Origin: an uncultured virus (IMG/VR IMGVR_UViG_3300020472_002474)
Taxonomy: Duplodnaviria > Heunggongvirae > Uroviricota > Caudoviricetes
DNA: 64,000 nucleotides
Strand: one strand, 5' to 3'
IMG/VR virus record: IMGVR_UViG_3300020472_002474
Both the position numbers and the translations under genes were made by a program. Every line of letters begins with the position of its first letter. Within the stretch, counting starts at the first letter, position 1. The notes under the pieces were generated by a model that saw only the letters and a list, made by a program, of their open reading frames with translations, had not been told where the DNA came from and searched no databases. Below are positions 30,893 to 40,603 of the stretch, piece after piece.

Positions 30893-32151
30893 GTATTTTC
30901 TCCAACTTTAATCACTTCACAATTATTTTGTTCTGGAATATATCTCCAAGGATCAATTATTATTGAACCTTGATTATACGAATAAGTAGTGAAATCAGGA
31001 TGTTTAGTTCCAATAAAATATATTTGCGGTTCTTGTTGAGACTCATTCTCACTATCATCCACATACGGATCCCATATTTCAACATGATGTCCTCGTTCTT
31101 CTAAGATATTTTTCAATAGAATAGATGGAGAACCCGTTGTGATGTTGGTTTCAGGTTTAAAAGATTTACCAAGAATTTTTATTGGATAACCATCTGGACA
31201 CCCTTTATATTTAAAGGATGTTTCTTCAATCAAATCTGCTAACCAATCAGTCTGAAGTTCTCTTTGTGTCATTATACTATCAAACCAATTGTAACTCAAT
31301 TCAAGTTTTTCACTTAACCAACTTAGTGCTATATTATCTCTTGGGTGACATCCACCACCATCTCCCATACCACCGCTTAGGTATTTATGAGAAATAATTC
31401 TATCATCACACATCTTTAGTGCATTAGTTATATCATCCACATTGGTATTTGGTAATTTATGACACATTTCCATTACGGTATTTACAAAAGAAATTTTTGT
31501 AGATATAAATGTATTGTAAATTACCTTAGTTAATTCTGCATTTTCTATCGTGGTTTCATAAAATGGTGAATGATGTAATGTCTTATAAAATCTTTTTGCC
31601 TTTTTTGCTGCCCAACTATCATCCACACCAAATAAAACAATTTCAGGACTTAAAAAGTCTCTCATGGTAGTTCCCATAGCAATAAAGAATGGATTGTAAC
31701 ATAGTTTAGTATGTTTTCCAAGTAATGGTATTATTTCTTTACGAATAGTACCAGGTAAAACCGTAGAGATAACAATTACTATTTTATCCTCACCTTGTTT
31801 TTCTATTTCATCAGATAAATCCTTTACTCCTTTTTTCAAAAAAGTATAGTCAAAATCTGCTCTTTCGAGAGGTATTCTTGTTGTTCCTTCAAACCTTTCT
31901 CCGTGTGGTGTTTGAATTGGTACAAAAATAATCTCTGAATGCTTTACTACTTCTTCAATAGATTTAATTTTTATTTTACTCTTATCTAAATGTTCTTGTG
32001 CCCATATTTCTTCGTATTGAAGTTTTTTTGTATCAAGAATATCTTTAACTTGTTCTGAAGGATCGTAACCGACCACCTTATGACCTCTTGATTCTACCGC
32101 TAATGCACAAGGTAAACCAAGTTTTCCCAATCCTATAAAACCTACTTTCAT
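30889..32151 (-). CDS. ugd: UDP-glucose/GDP-mannose 6-dehydrogenase
   Basis: VGFIGLGKLGLP, STVLPGT, YNPFF, AELTK..YNTF, GGGCHPRD, LGKSFKPET. Confidence 0.88.
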   Translation of the reverse strand: MKVGFIGLGKLGLPCALAVESRGHKVVGYDPSEQVKDILDTKKLQYEEIWAQEHLDKSKIKIKSIEEVVKHSEIIFVPIQTPHGERFEGTTRIPLERADFDYTFLKKGVKDLSDEIEKQGEDKIVIVISTVLPGTIRKEIIPLLGKHTKLCYNPFFIAMGTTMRDFLSPEIVLFGVDDSWAAKKAKRFYKTLHHSPFYETTIENAELTKVIYNTFISTKISFVNTVMEMCHKLPNTNVDDITNALKMCDDRIISHKYLSGGMGDGGGCHPRDNIALSWLSEKLELSYNWFDSIMTQRELQTDWLADLIEETSFKYKGCPDGYPIKILGKSFKPETNITTGSPSILLKNILEERGHHVEIWDPYVDDSENESQQEPQIYFIGTKHPDFTTYSYNQGSIIIDPWRYIPEQNNCEVIKVGENT

Positions 32152-32161
32152 AATAACTCCT

Positions 32162-33994
32162 TTATCTAATTATTGTGTTTCCCCAACTCTGTCTTTTTTT
32201 ATAATATAAATTTTCTCTATATTCTGATTTAGTTTTCACTTCATCCATAACATCAAATTCCATAATAAATGGTTTATTTATAAGTTCCGTATCATTAATT
32301 ATATATTCAAACCAATTAAAATCAAATTTTAATTTATATGGGTATTCACTTTTTAAATCTCTAACATATGACTTTTGTAATTTTAATAAATCTCCATCTA
32401 ATTGATATTGATTAAAAAATCCATTTAATTCTTCCCATACTTTTTCAGAATTTTTATGCATATTAAATTGAGAACTATATATCAATCGTTGAGCTGGTAT
32501 ATTTAAATTTTTAAAATATCCTTTTGTAAAATAATGTTTTGCCTCATCTTTAATTAAATTCATTTCATTTTTTAAAAACCTACTCTGTGTGACATGGTTC
32601 AATAAGTTTTTATAAAATGATTTATAACTAACATCACCTCGTTTTACGAGATATCTACTTATTAATTGTGTCCATCCGTAACTATGAAAATTAACAACCA
32701 ACCAATTAAATACAATACATTCTATAAAATCATCAAAATTCATTGTTTCCGTTCCCACAACTATCTCTACGGTTTCTTGATATTTATCTACATTTTCTGA
32801 ACCATCAAAGTATGTTTTTGTTTTTGCAACTTTTAAATCTCTACCCTCTTTGTTTAGTGCGGAATTACGAAGTATTTGTAAAAAATGAGTTTCTATAGCT
32901 GAATGTTGTCCTGCATTTAATAATTTACATATACTATCCACCCAAGAATCGTAAGTTTCTTCGGGTAAACCTAAAATTAATTCTGTATAATAAGGTATTT
33001 GTTTTTTATTACATTCTTGTAAAAAATAATCTAAATCGTTTACTTTCATATTTTTTCTTTTAATTGCACCTAACACGGCCTCATCCATACTTTGTACTGC
33101 AAATGTCAATGACCTTAACAAATCAGAGTTGTATAATTTTTCAGCCATGTTTAACACGGATTGATTTGAATTCTTAGTCCAAGATGCCGAAAACATTTTA
33201 GGTTGTCCTATTTTTTCTTTTAATTTTATAACATAATCCGTAATTTCTTCATCCCTATCCTTAAATATTCCAAAGTTAGCATCTGCAAATAATAAATATT
33301 CACTTCCATAATCTGCTGCCCAATCTATGTCTTTTCTAATTCTATCCATACTATATTTTTTAATTTTACTAAATGTTAATGCTCCCCAATCACAAAAAGT
33401 ACATCTATGTGGACATCCTCTATTACTTTCTAACATTACATGCCAATCAATATTAGTATGCTTATCAATTAAATTATCAAATATACCATTGGTGTATGGT
33501 GATGGTATATCATCTAAATCTTCTATTCTTTCAGAATGTCCTGTTTCAAAGAATTTAGTATGAACACCCTTTATAGAAGTCAATTCGTTACCAAGTAAAA
33601 TCTGTTTAAATGGTTCTTCACCTTCTCCTCTAATACAAATATCTATATGAGTATTATTCTCTAAATATTGTTTAGGTTCATCAGGAACTTGAGGTCCTCC
33701 AAATAGAATTAAACAATTTGGAAACTTTTTCTTAATTTGTTTTGACAATTCAAGTTGATATTCTTCATTCCAAACATAACACGAAAACCCAACAACATAT
33801 GGATTTTCTATTCTCTTAACTACTTTTTTTACATCTTCCCTAAGAACTAAAATTTCTTTTAATGTGTAATTATCTGATATGTATTTATCTTTAGATGCAT
33901 ATGCCCATAAACAACCAACCGCATATGGTAAATACATATTTTTATTTTCAGGTCCGTGAAGATAATTTGTCTGTGACAAATACACATTTTTCAT
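32162..33994 (-). CDS. B12-binding-domain radical SAM enzyme (paralog of 4119..6071)
   Basis: GFSCYVWN, LFGGPQV, GEGE, ESNRGCPHRCTFCDWG, DANFG, ELILGLPEET. Confidence 0.9.
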   Translation of the reverse strand: MKNVYLSQTNYLHGPENKNMYLPYAVGCLWAYASKDKYISDNYTLKEILVLREDVKKVVKRIENPYVVGFSCYVWNEEYQLELSKQIKKKFPNCLILFGGPQVPDEPKQYLENNTHIDICIRGEGEEPFKQILLGNELTSIKGVHTKFFETGHSERIEDLDDIPSPYTNGIFDNLIDKHTNIDWHVMLESNRGCPHRCTFCDWGALTFSKIKKYSMDRIRKDIDWAADYGSEYLLFADANFGIFKDRDEEITDYVIKLKEKIGQPKMFSASWTKNSNQSVLNMAEKLYNSDLLRSLTFAVQSMDEAVLGAIKRKNMKVNDLDYFLQECNKKQIPYYTELILGLPEETYDSWVDSICKLLNAGQHSAIETHFLQILRNSALNKEGRDLKVAKTKTYFDGSENVDKYQETVEIVVGTETMNFDDFIECIVFNWLVVNFHSYGWTQLISRYLVKRGDVSYKSFYKNLLNHVTQSRFLKNEMNLIKDEAKHYFTKGYFKNLNIPAQRLIYSSQFNMHKNSEKVWEELNGFFNQYQLDGDLLKLQKSYVRDLKSEYPYKLKFDFNWFEYIINDTELINKPFIMEFDVMDEVKTKSEYRENLYYKKRQSWGNTIIR

Positions 33995-34007
33995 ATTAAA
34001 TATTCTC

Positions 34008-35183
34008 TTACAATTCTATCAACTCTCCAATGAATTCATCCCAAATTTTTTGTTTTAATTCTTTGGATTTTGAAAGGTTTCTATTATGCACAACTTTTGG
34101 GATAATATCTCTACAATAAATATCGTGAAATTTTTTATCGTCCATTTTACAAACCTTTTCTACCGAATTAACAACTGCCAATAACCTTTCCTTGTGGTCT
34201 ATTATATCATCATAACTCTCATCAAATAATTCAGGAAAAGTTTGATATCCTCTTGACCTCATATACTTTAAAACACCATAACTTCCTAAATGAATGAATG
34301 GTTGACATATAATGGCTTTATATGTTTTCTCACTCATTTCAAAAATAGTTTTATGTGATTGTGGTAATGTATTATTAAACATATAACTTTCTGTTATTAT
34401 GTTAAAATACGAATTTTTAATATGATTTACATCAACAGGTCTATCATTTTTATCTACGGATTCCATTGGTCTATCTAATATCAACGGAACTCGTTTTATC
34501 ATTTCAGTTTTAGCATATTCATCAACTAATTTACCAATTCCTTTATTCACATCAAATCCCAAATCATATACAAAATCACTACTTATCTGTTCTGGTGAAC
34601 CATATCTAAATAAAAGAGAAATCAATCCTTGTTTATCAAGTCCTCGTCTAAACAATTCCGTAACAATAAACATTCTATATTCTTTTGCGTTTGCATTATA
34701 ACATACATACCTATATGGTTTTATTTCGTCTGTGGGTGTTGGTAAATCACCGTATCCAGAATGTTTTTCAAAACAATAGGTATCTGTTCCAATAACGCTT
34801 AGTGGATATTTCCTAAATTTAGGAAATTCCTTTAATAGTAATCTATATGTTTCATCACTTCTTAAATCATATGATAAAAAGATAACTTGTTTAGAATTTA
34901 TTCCCCAACCCTTTATCATATCTACTGCCCAATCTAATGTCATCTTCTGTAACGCTTCATTATCAGACATTATAATCAATTTCATTTTTTTCTGATTGAT
35001 TAACTCTACTTTAAATTTATCAAGTTTATTAAAACAGGCATCACCAACAGGATAATAATTTTTTTCTGATTGTAATAAATCTATATCTTCAATTGATTTT
35101 TTATTTATAGATACACCATTTTCTTCAACTCTACTAAAAAATCCCATATAATCATTGATATAATCGTAAATAAAATTATACAT
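34008..35183 (-). CDS. Putative glycosyltransferase, GT10-like paralog 7
   Basis: YVCYNANAKEYR; SYFNIITES; MSEKTYKA; GYQTFPELFDESYD. Start MYNFIY at 35183 with AGGAG RBS. Confidence 0.6.
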   Translation of the reverse strand: MYNFIYDYINDYMGFFSRVEENGVSINKKSIEDIDLLQSEKNYYPVGDACFNKLDKFKVELINQKKMKLIIMSDNEALQKMTLDWAVDMIKGWGINSKQVIFLSYDLRSDETYRLLLKEFPKFRKYPLSVIGTDTYCFEKHSGYGDLPTPTDEIKPYRYVCYNANAKEYRMFIVTELFRRGLDKQGLISLLFRYGSPEQISSDFVYDLGFDVNKGIGKLVDEYAKTEMIKRVPLILDRPMESVDKNDRPVDVNHIKNSYFNIITESYMFNNTLPQSHKTIFEMSEKTYKAIICQPFIHLGSYGVLKYMRSRGYQTFPELFDESYDDIIDHKERLLAVVNSVEKVCKMDDKKFHDIYCRDIIPKVVHNRNLSKSKELKQKIWDEFIGELIEL

Positions 35184-36600
35184 TAAAAATCTCCTTGAAG
35201 AAATTTTCATATAAAGTTTTTACATTTGTATTGAAAAAAATATTTTGATTGTGTTTAATGGTTGGTATTATATCATTAACATAAATTTCGTGTAATGTTT
35301 CGTATTCTAAATTACAAACACGCTCTATTTCATTACTAATAAATTTTAATCTTTTAACTGTATCTTCTATATCATCATAACTCTCATCAAACAATTGTGG
35401 AAAAGTTTTATAACCTGATTCTCTTATGTATTTTAATGAATGAGGTGCTGCTATTATTATAAACGGATGATACAATAATGTCCTAAATGTTTTTTCTGTG
35501 AGAAATGTAGGAATGTATTGTAAATTTTCAGGAATACTTCCGTGTTCATATCCAAAATATAAACTTTCAGTTACAATTGAAAAGTAACTATCCACCATAT
35601 GTTCTAAATTACTATATCGATGTCCGTCTTTATGAACATCCTTGTCGTAATCTAAAAGAAGTGGGAGTCTTTCATTGAATATTTTAAAATATTTATATGC
35701 CTCTGATAATTTTACACCTTCAAATAATTCTTCTACAATTCTAAGGTCATCTTCTGGTGTAGAATCCCAACATAAATAAGAATTAAGTCCATACTTGTCA
35801 AGTTGTTTTCTACAAATTTCACTTGTTATGTAATACCTATGTGGTTTTCCAACTCCATTATAATTTAGATACTTATATTTCTTTTTCTCTTTTAATTTTT
35901 CTAAAAAACTATCTTGTAGTGGAACTACACCCTCATCTTTCATATCAGAAAACCATTGTTCTGCTATAAACAAACCCGTTGAATAATAATTTATTGGAAC
36001 AAATCTAATATTACAAACACTTTTATAAATTAAATTATCTGAATCATCAAGTATATGTTTTTTCCATTTATCCGCACAAGCTAAATCTGATGTAGTAATT
36101 ATTATTTCTACTTTATCAAGTCCAACTTTTTTAAGGTTTTCTTCTAATGGTTTTACATATTCGAATTCAAATGCTTCCGATGAATTAACAATTACTAATT
36201 TGAGTGTTCCATCTTTTATTAATTTAATTTCTCTTTTTGATAAATAATCTGTAAATGGACTAAACTTAAAACATACAGCAGGACTTGTTGGAAAAATAGG
36301 AAAAATATTTATTTTATTTTTTAATTCTTCATCATCAACATCTTGTAGAAAAACTTCTCTTACATCAAAATTACATTCTCTCCTAAGATACGGAAGTGTA
36401 AAATCATTGTCTCTCTCACGAGTATTAAATTCAAGTAATACTTCCTTTCCCATTGGATTATCATCTGAATCACCTAAAAATACTTTTGAAGGTGCATTTA
36501 AACCATTTGGAATTATTCTTTTATCGTTAATCCAACTATCTGAGTGATGGTCAAACCATCTTTTTGGTACATATTTAGAATATACTAAATTAAATTTCAT
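35176..36600 (-). CDS. Putative glycosyltransferase, GT10-like paralog 8
   Basis: YLNYNGVGKPHR; SYFSIVTES; FLTEKTFR; GYKTFPQLFDESYD. Confidence 0.6.
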   Translation of the reverse strand: MKFNLVYSKYVPKRWFDHHSDSWINDKRIIPNGLNAPSKVFLGDSDDNPMGKEVLLEFNTRERDNDFTLPYLRRECNFDVREVFLQDVDDEELKNKINIFPIFPTSPAVCFKFSPFTDYLSKREIKLIKDGTLKLVIVNSSEAFEFEYVKPLEENLKKVGLDKVEIIITTSDLACADKWKKHILDDSDNLIYKSVCNIRFVPINYYSTGLFIAEQWFSDMKDEGVVPLQDSFLEKLKEKKKYKYLNYNGVGKPHRYYITSEICRKQLDKYGLNSYLCWDSTPEDDLRIVEELFEGVKLSEAYKYFKIFNERLPLLLDYDKDVHKDGHRYSNLEHMVDSYFSIVTESLYFGYEHGSIPENLQYIPTFLTEKTFRTLLYHPFIIIAAPHSLKYIRESGYKTFPQLFDESYDDIEDTVKRLKFISNEIERVCNLEYETLHEIYVNDIIPTIKHNQNIFFNTNVKTLYENFFKEIFNV

Positions 36601-37909
36601 TACTTATCCTCGATGAAAGAAATTCATTAAAGTTATTAAAACTTGTTTTATCAAATAAATTTTTATGATTGTGCTCTAATCTTGGTATAAGTTGTTCATA
36701 CCAATTTTCCATTTCAGTTAAAGTATAACTACATAGTCTTTCAATTTCCTTTGATATCATAATCAATCTTTTACCAGGATGCATTTCTCTATCGTAACTT
36801 TCGTCTATAAAAGGGTGGAATGTTTTAAATCCTTGACTTTTAAGTTCCTCTAAACTACTTTTTCCATCTACACTACACCCAACAAATATAAAAGGATGGT
36901 GATTGTATATTGGTTTCCAAATCTTCTCATCTAAAAAAATAGAATACTCATCAAACATAGTATTGGTGGTTACAGAAAAAAATGATTTTTCATATGGCCA
37001 AGTTGGTGAAGTGTCGAAGTGATTTGTTACCCATTCATCAACATCCACTATATAAGGAACACCTTTTTGAAATTCCTTCATATGGTTTATATTTTGGTTT
37101 CGTAAATTTTTACCAACTCCTATGTTATGTAGATATGACTCTACATGACGAGATGCATATTTATCAAGAGATTGACAGGACACATATCCATTTTCTATCA
37201 AACCCCTACCGTGTAACATTGACAACAAAGAAAGTCTATGTCCTCTCGGTGACCTATTATAACATAGAAAATGCTTATCTCTTTTTAGTTTTGGATTTGG
37301 TTTTGCAAACTGCCACTTCGAATCGAAATCTAAGTATCTTTCACAATTGAAAGAATGAACTCCAATACTTTCTGAATTTTTATATTTTGATTTTGGTTTC
37401 CATTTTTTATAATTTTGTTCCAATAACCAATTAGCAGTTACATAAAGAACATTTTTTGGATTTAATTTGAACTCGACTATTTCGTCATGAATTATTTCAT
37501 ATATGTCATTACCTAACCAATCAGTAGGATATCCTTCCATTGGTTGATAAATCATTATTACTGCCTTGTCATCTCGAACCTGATTTAAAGTAGTTTCACT
37601 TATTCCACTAAACACAGACTTAATAGAATTTTCTCCATCATTATACTTACCCAACCAACCACGAGGATCACCGACACAATCTAACACATAAATCCATTTA
37701 TGTTTTAATTCTTGTTTTTCTAAATTTTTAGGAGAGTCCACTCTGTGTTTTACTCCAAAACGGGCAAACATCTCTGTAATGTATGGTGGTAAATACAAAT
37801 GAAATATTATAGAAGTATCTCTATTTGATTGATTGATAGTTTGACTGATTAATCCATTTGGTTTTTGAATTGAACCATATTCATAAAAATCATAACCTAA
37901 ATGTATCAT
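36590..37909 (-). CDS. Putative glycosyltransferase, GT10-like paralog 9
   Basis: FLCYNRSPRGHR; FLDEKIWKP; GFKTFHPFIDESYD. Confidence 0.6.
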   Translation of the reverse strand: MIHLGYDFYEYGSIQKPNGLISQTINQSNRDTSIIFHLYLPPYITEMFARFGVKHRVDSPKNLEKQELKHKWIYVLDCVGDPRGWLGKYNDGENSIKSVFSGISETTLNQVRDDKAVIMIYQPMEGYPTDWLGNDIYEIIHDEIVEFKLNPKNVLYVTANWLLEQNYKKWKPKSKYKNSESIGVHSFNCERYLDFDSKWQFAKPNPKLKRDKHFLCYNRSPRGHRLSLLSMLHGRGLIENGYVSCQSLDKYASRHVESYLHNIGVGKNLRNQNINHMKEFQKGVPYIVDVDEWVTNHFDTSPTWPYEKSFFSVTTNTMFDEYSIFLDEKIWKPIYNHHPFIFVGCSVDGKSSLEELKSQGFKTFHPFIDESYDREMHPGKRLIMISKEIERLCSYTLTEMENWYEQLIPRLEHNHKNLFDKTSFNNFNEFLSSRISNEI

Positions 37910-39408
37910 TAAAACTCCACGTGGTCTGGTATATCCTGTTCACATTTGAAATCAATTATCTCGTGTTCTGTTCCAAATAACTTCTCTCTTTTTACAATAC
38001 TATAATTTAAATCTGTAAGTCCATCCTCATCTGTATTTACAATTCCACCTTGAACTTCTTCCACAAACCTTCTCTCGTTTATACTCGTATCTTTTTGGTG
38101 AACCCATCTTCCACCGACCATATCATTTCGTTTATGTTCTTGAGAAAAGAATCTACCTGGTTTACTTCTATATGGTAAAATTGTATTTGATATCTCACCA
38201 ATTGTTTCTGATTCTATACGACCACCAATCAATTCACCATTGTTATCATTTCCACTTAAATCATATACGATATTATCTTCTACATTTGAAAAATTGTAAT
38301 ATAATTTAGTATCTGTTGGTGTAGGATAATCCTCTTTATAATATTCCTTAATTTCTTTATCACTTAATGTTCTATCAAATAAACAAACTTGTGCAATATC
38401 ACCAGCAAAAAAGTTAGATTCTTCTTTGTTAGGATCACCGACTCCTATGTAAAATGGATTCCCACCATACTTTTTTAGTGGTGATTCAAACCCTAATGGT
38501 GATTGAGAACCATGACCAAATCGTGAATCTGATTCTTCTCCGTTTAAATAAAACCTTATCTCTCCGTCATCTATATTAACTGTAACCATCAAATGTGTCC
38601 AAACATCAGGTGGTCTTTTTATCCACATATAAGAATGGTTATTTTTTTGATTGAATAACCCAAAGGAATATGCGTCTGAGTTATCCCAACCCAATCCCAT
38701 CTGAAAGGATGGTCGTCCAAAAATATATTGATGTATGAATTCTCTATTTTCTATATCACCAATTAAATATTTTGGAATATCAAATCTATCTTCAGCCCTT
38801 ACCATCACGGACATTGTAAAATTACCACTTGTTATTTCTCTAATAGAATCATTAGGATTTATTTTTACATAATTAGAAAGTCCATCTAATCGTAAAAAAT
38901 TTCTTTCTTCATCAGATTCGTGATTCATAAAAGTTTCTTTAGCCAATCCTTTTTTCTTTACACGATATAATAAATCATCATCTTCCATTCCCCAATTAAA
39001 GTATCCATTGGAATAACCATTTATTTTTTCATAATGTTCTTTAGTAAACAAAATAGAACCACCAAAATACTCTTGATATTTTAATCCATAATCAAATTGT
39101 GCAACATGAACAGCTAAGTGTTCTACATTTTTAGGATAAGAATAGTCACACGAATCATCTTCAGGTAACATATCAATGTCGTGAAAACAAAAGTAATCAT
39201 AACCTTCTTTTTGTGCAACATCAAAGGCAACATTCTTGGATGTTCCTCTGTTAAATCCACTAACCGAATCAGGATAAACTTGATTAGCCACAAATATCTT
39301 GTATTCTATATCTTTACCCTCAAAAAATTCATCCATATGTGGAACAAACTTTTTAAGATGTTCTTCCCTTTTATAGTGTGGGACACATATTGCTAATTTC
39401 TTACTCAT
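37909..39408 (-). CDS. GT7 (beta-1,4-galactosyltransferase-like) with inserted LamG domain, paralog A
   Basis: LAICVPH..REEHL, FNRG, FHDIDMLP, YFGG, INGYSN, WGMEDDD; LamG block (WTHL..T...FYLNG...IG...FAGDIAQV..FDR.LS); C-terminal H...N..RF...DGL.DL.Y. Confidence 0.85.
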   Translation of the reverse strand: MSKKLAICVPHYKREEHLKKFVPHMDEFFEGKDIEYKIFVANQVYPDSVSGFNRGTSKNVAFDVAQKEGYDYFCFHDIDMLPEDDSCDYSYPKNVEHLAVHVAQFDYGLKYQEYFGGSILFTKEHYEKINGYSNGYFNWGMEDDDLLYRVKKKGLAKETFMNHESDEERNFLRLDGLSNYVKINPNDSIREITSGNFTMSVMVRAEDRFDIPKYLIGDIENREFIHQYIFGRPSFQMGLGWDNSDAYSFGLFNQKNNHSYMWIKRPPDVWTHLMVTVNIDDGEIRFYLNGEESDSRFGHGSQSPLGFESPLKKYGGNPFYIGVGDPNKEESNFFAGDIAQVCLFDRTLSDKEIKEYYKEDYPTPTDTKLYYNFSNVEDNIVYDLSGNDNNGELIGGRIESETIGEISNTILPYRSKPGRFFSQEHKRNDMVGGRWVHQKDTSINERRFVEEVQGGIVNTDEDGLTDLNYSIVKREKLFGTEHEIIDFKCEQDIPDHVEF

Positions 39409-39619
39409 ATACTATTATCGCTCCACTATTATGTGATTCTTCTTTAGATTTAAATTTTTGATTATGTACAGCAGTAGATACTATTTTTTTCATATATAGT
39501 GAATTTCCTGTTATTATACGAATAGGAAAGTTTCCTTTGTTGTATTCTAAAATAATATCACTCTCCAAATTCTTTCTAACTGAATCGTGTCGTTGTCCAT
39601 GTAAATCTATCTCTCTCAT
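39401..39619 (-). CDS. Minimal Smr (MutS2-related) domain protein
   Basis: IDLHG...IRIITGNS...GAI Smr signature in 72 aa. Confidence 0.7.
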   Translation of the reverse strand: MREIDLHGQRHDSVRKNLESDIILEYNKGNFPIRIITGNSLYMKKIVSTAVHNQKFKSKEESHNSGAIIVYE

Positions 39620-40603
39620 TTAAAAACTCGAATGATCTGGAAAATCTTCGTGTCTTGATTTTAATTCTTCAAGAAATTCATCATTTTTCCAATCTCGTAT
39701 AATATTTCTATTATGTATAACTTTACTAAAAACTGATTCATATATTTTTTGTAGTTTATCTACATTCATTTCACACAACCTTTTAACTTCATTAATTATA
39801 AATTCAATTCTTTCATTATGATTTTTTATTAAATCATAACTCTCGTCAAACAATTCAGGATATGTTTCAAATCCCTTCTCTTTTAAATATTCTAATGTTC
39901 CATAATTACCAACAACCATAAAAGGTTGAGAAATTAACGCCTTTAAAGTTTTTTCTGTAATAAACAAATCATCTGTTTCACAATGAGTTTCTGTTACTAA
40001 ATTAAAGTATGTTCTACTCGTAACCAATGGATTGAATGCACCATATGATGCATCTGAATCTTCAAAATCTGTGGTCATTACTTCAGGATATTTAAGTGAA
40101 GTTACATACTCAACATCTTCGGGTAAAAAAATATCTTTATCTCTATAAGAAACATACCCATAATCTAACAAATTATTTTCTTTTAACAAATCATACACCA
40201 TTGTTCTATGTTTATGTTCTGAATTATTAAAACAATTATAAATTTTACTTTTTGGAACATCAGAATTTACTAATCCAAACTTTTGTCCTTCATCACTTAC
40301 CCAAGGCAACTCATTATTAAATATTTTTTTTAATCTATGTGCAAAGTACCAAACTGAATAAATATAACTATACTCGTGTCTTAAATTACCATTTAAAAAT
40401 AATATTTTATCTATTGGAATATCATTATCTTTACAATATCTTTCAAAATATTTTATCCCATTACTATCAATAGACTCAAAACTAAAATCAATTATAATTT
40501 TATCAAGTTCTTCATCATACATCATATTAGTATCTGCACAGGCCCGAAACCAAGGAATGGTATCGGTAATTGAAATCAACTTATCTATGATATCTTGATA
40601 CAT
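39620..40603 (-). CDS. Putative glycosyltransferase, GT10-like paralog 10
   Basis: YNCFNNSEHKHR; TYFNLVTET; FITEKTLKAL; GFETYPELFDESYD. Confidence 0.6.
   Translation of the reverse strand: MYQDIIDKLISITDTIPWFRACADTNMMYDEELDKIIIDFSFESIDSNGIKYFERYCKDNDIPIDKILFLNGNLRHEYSYIYSVWYFAHRLKKIFNNELPWVSDEGQKFGLVNSDVPKSKIYNCFNNSEHKHRTMVYDLLKENNLLDYGYVSYRDKDIFLPEDVEYVTSLKYPEVMTTDFEDSDASYGAFNPLVTSRTYFNLVTETHCETDDLFITEKTLKALISQPFMVVGNYGTLEYLKEKGFETYPELFDESYDLIKNHNERIEFIINEVKRLCEMNVDKLQKIYESVFSKVIHNRNIIRDWKNDEFLEELKSRHEDFPDHSSF

Noticed and set aside
6270..39855. Dispersed ~15-18-bp repeat ATCATAACTCTCATCAAA as CRISPR or recombination sites
   Set aside because: It encodes the conserved FDESYD peptide of the GT10-like paralogs, varies at synonymous positions and has no regular spacing.
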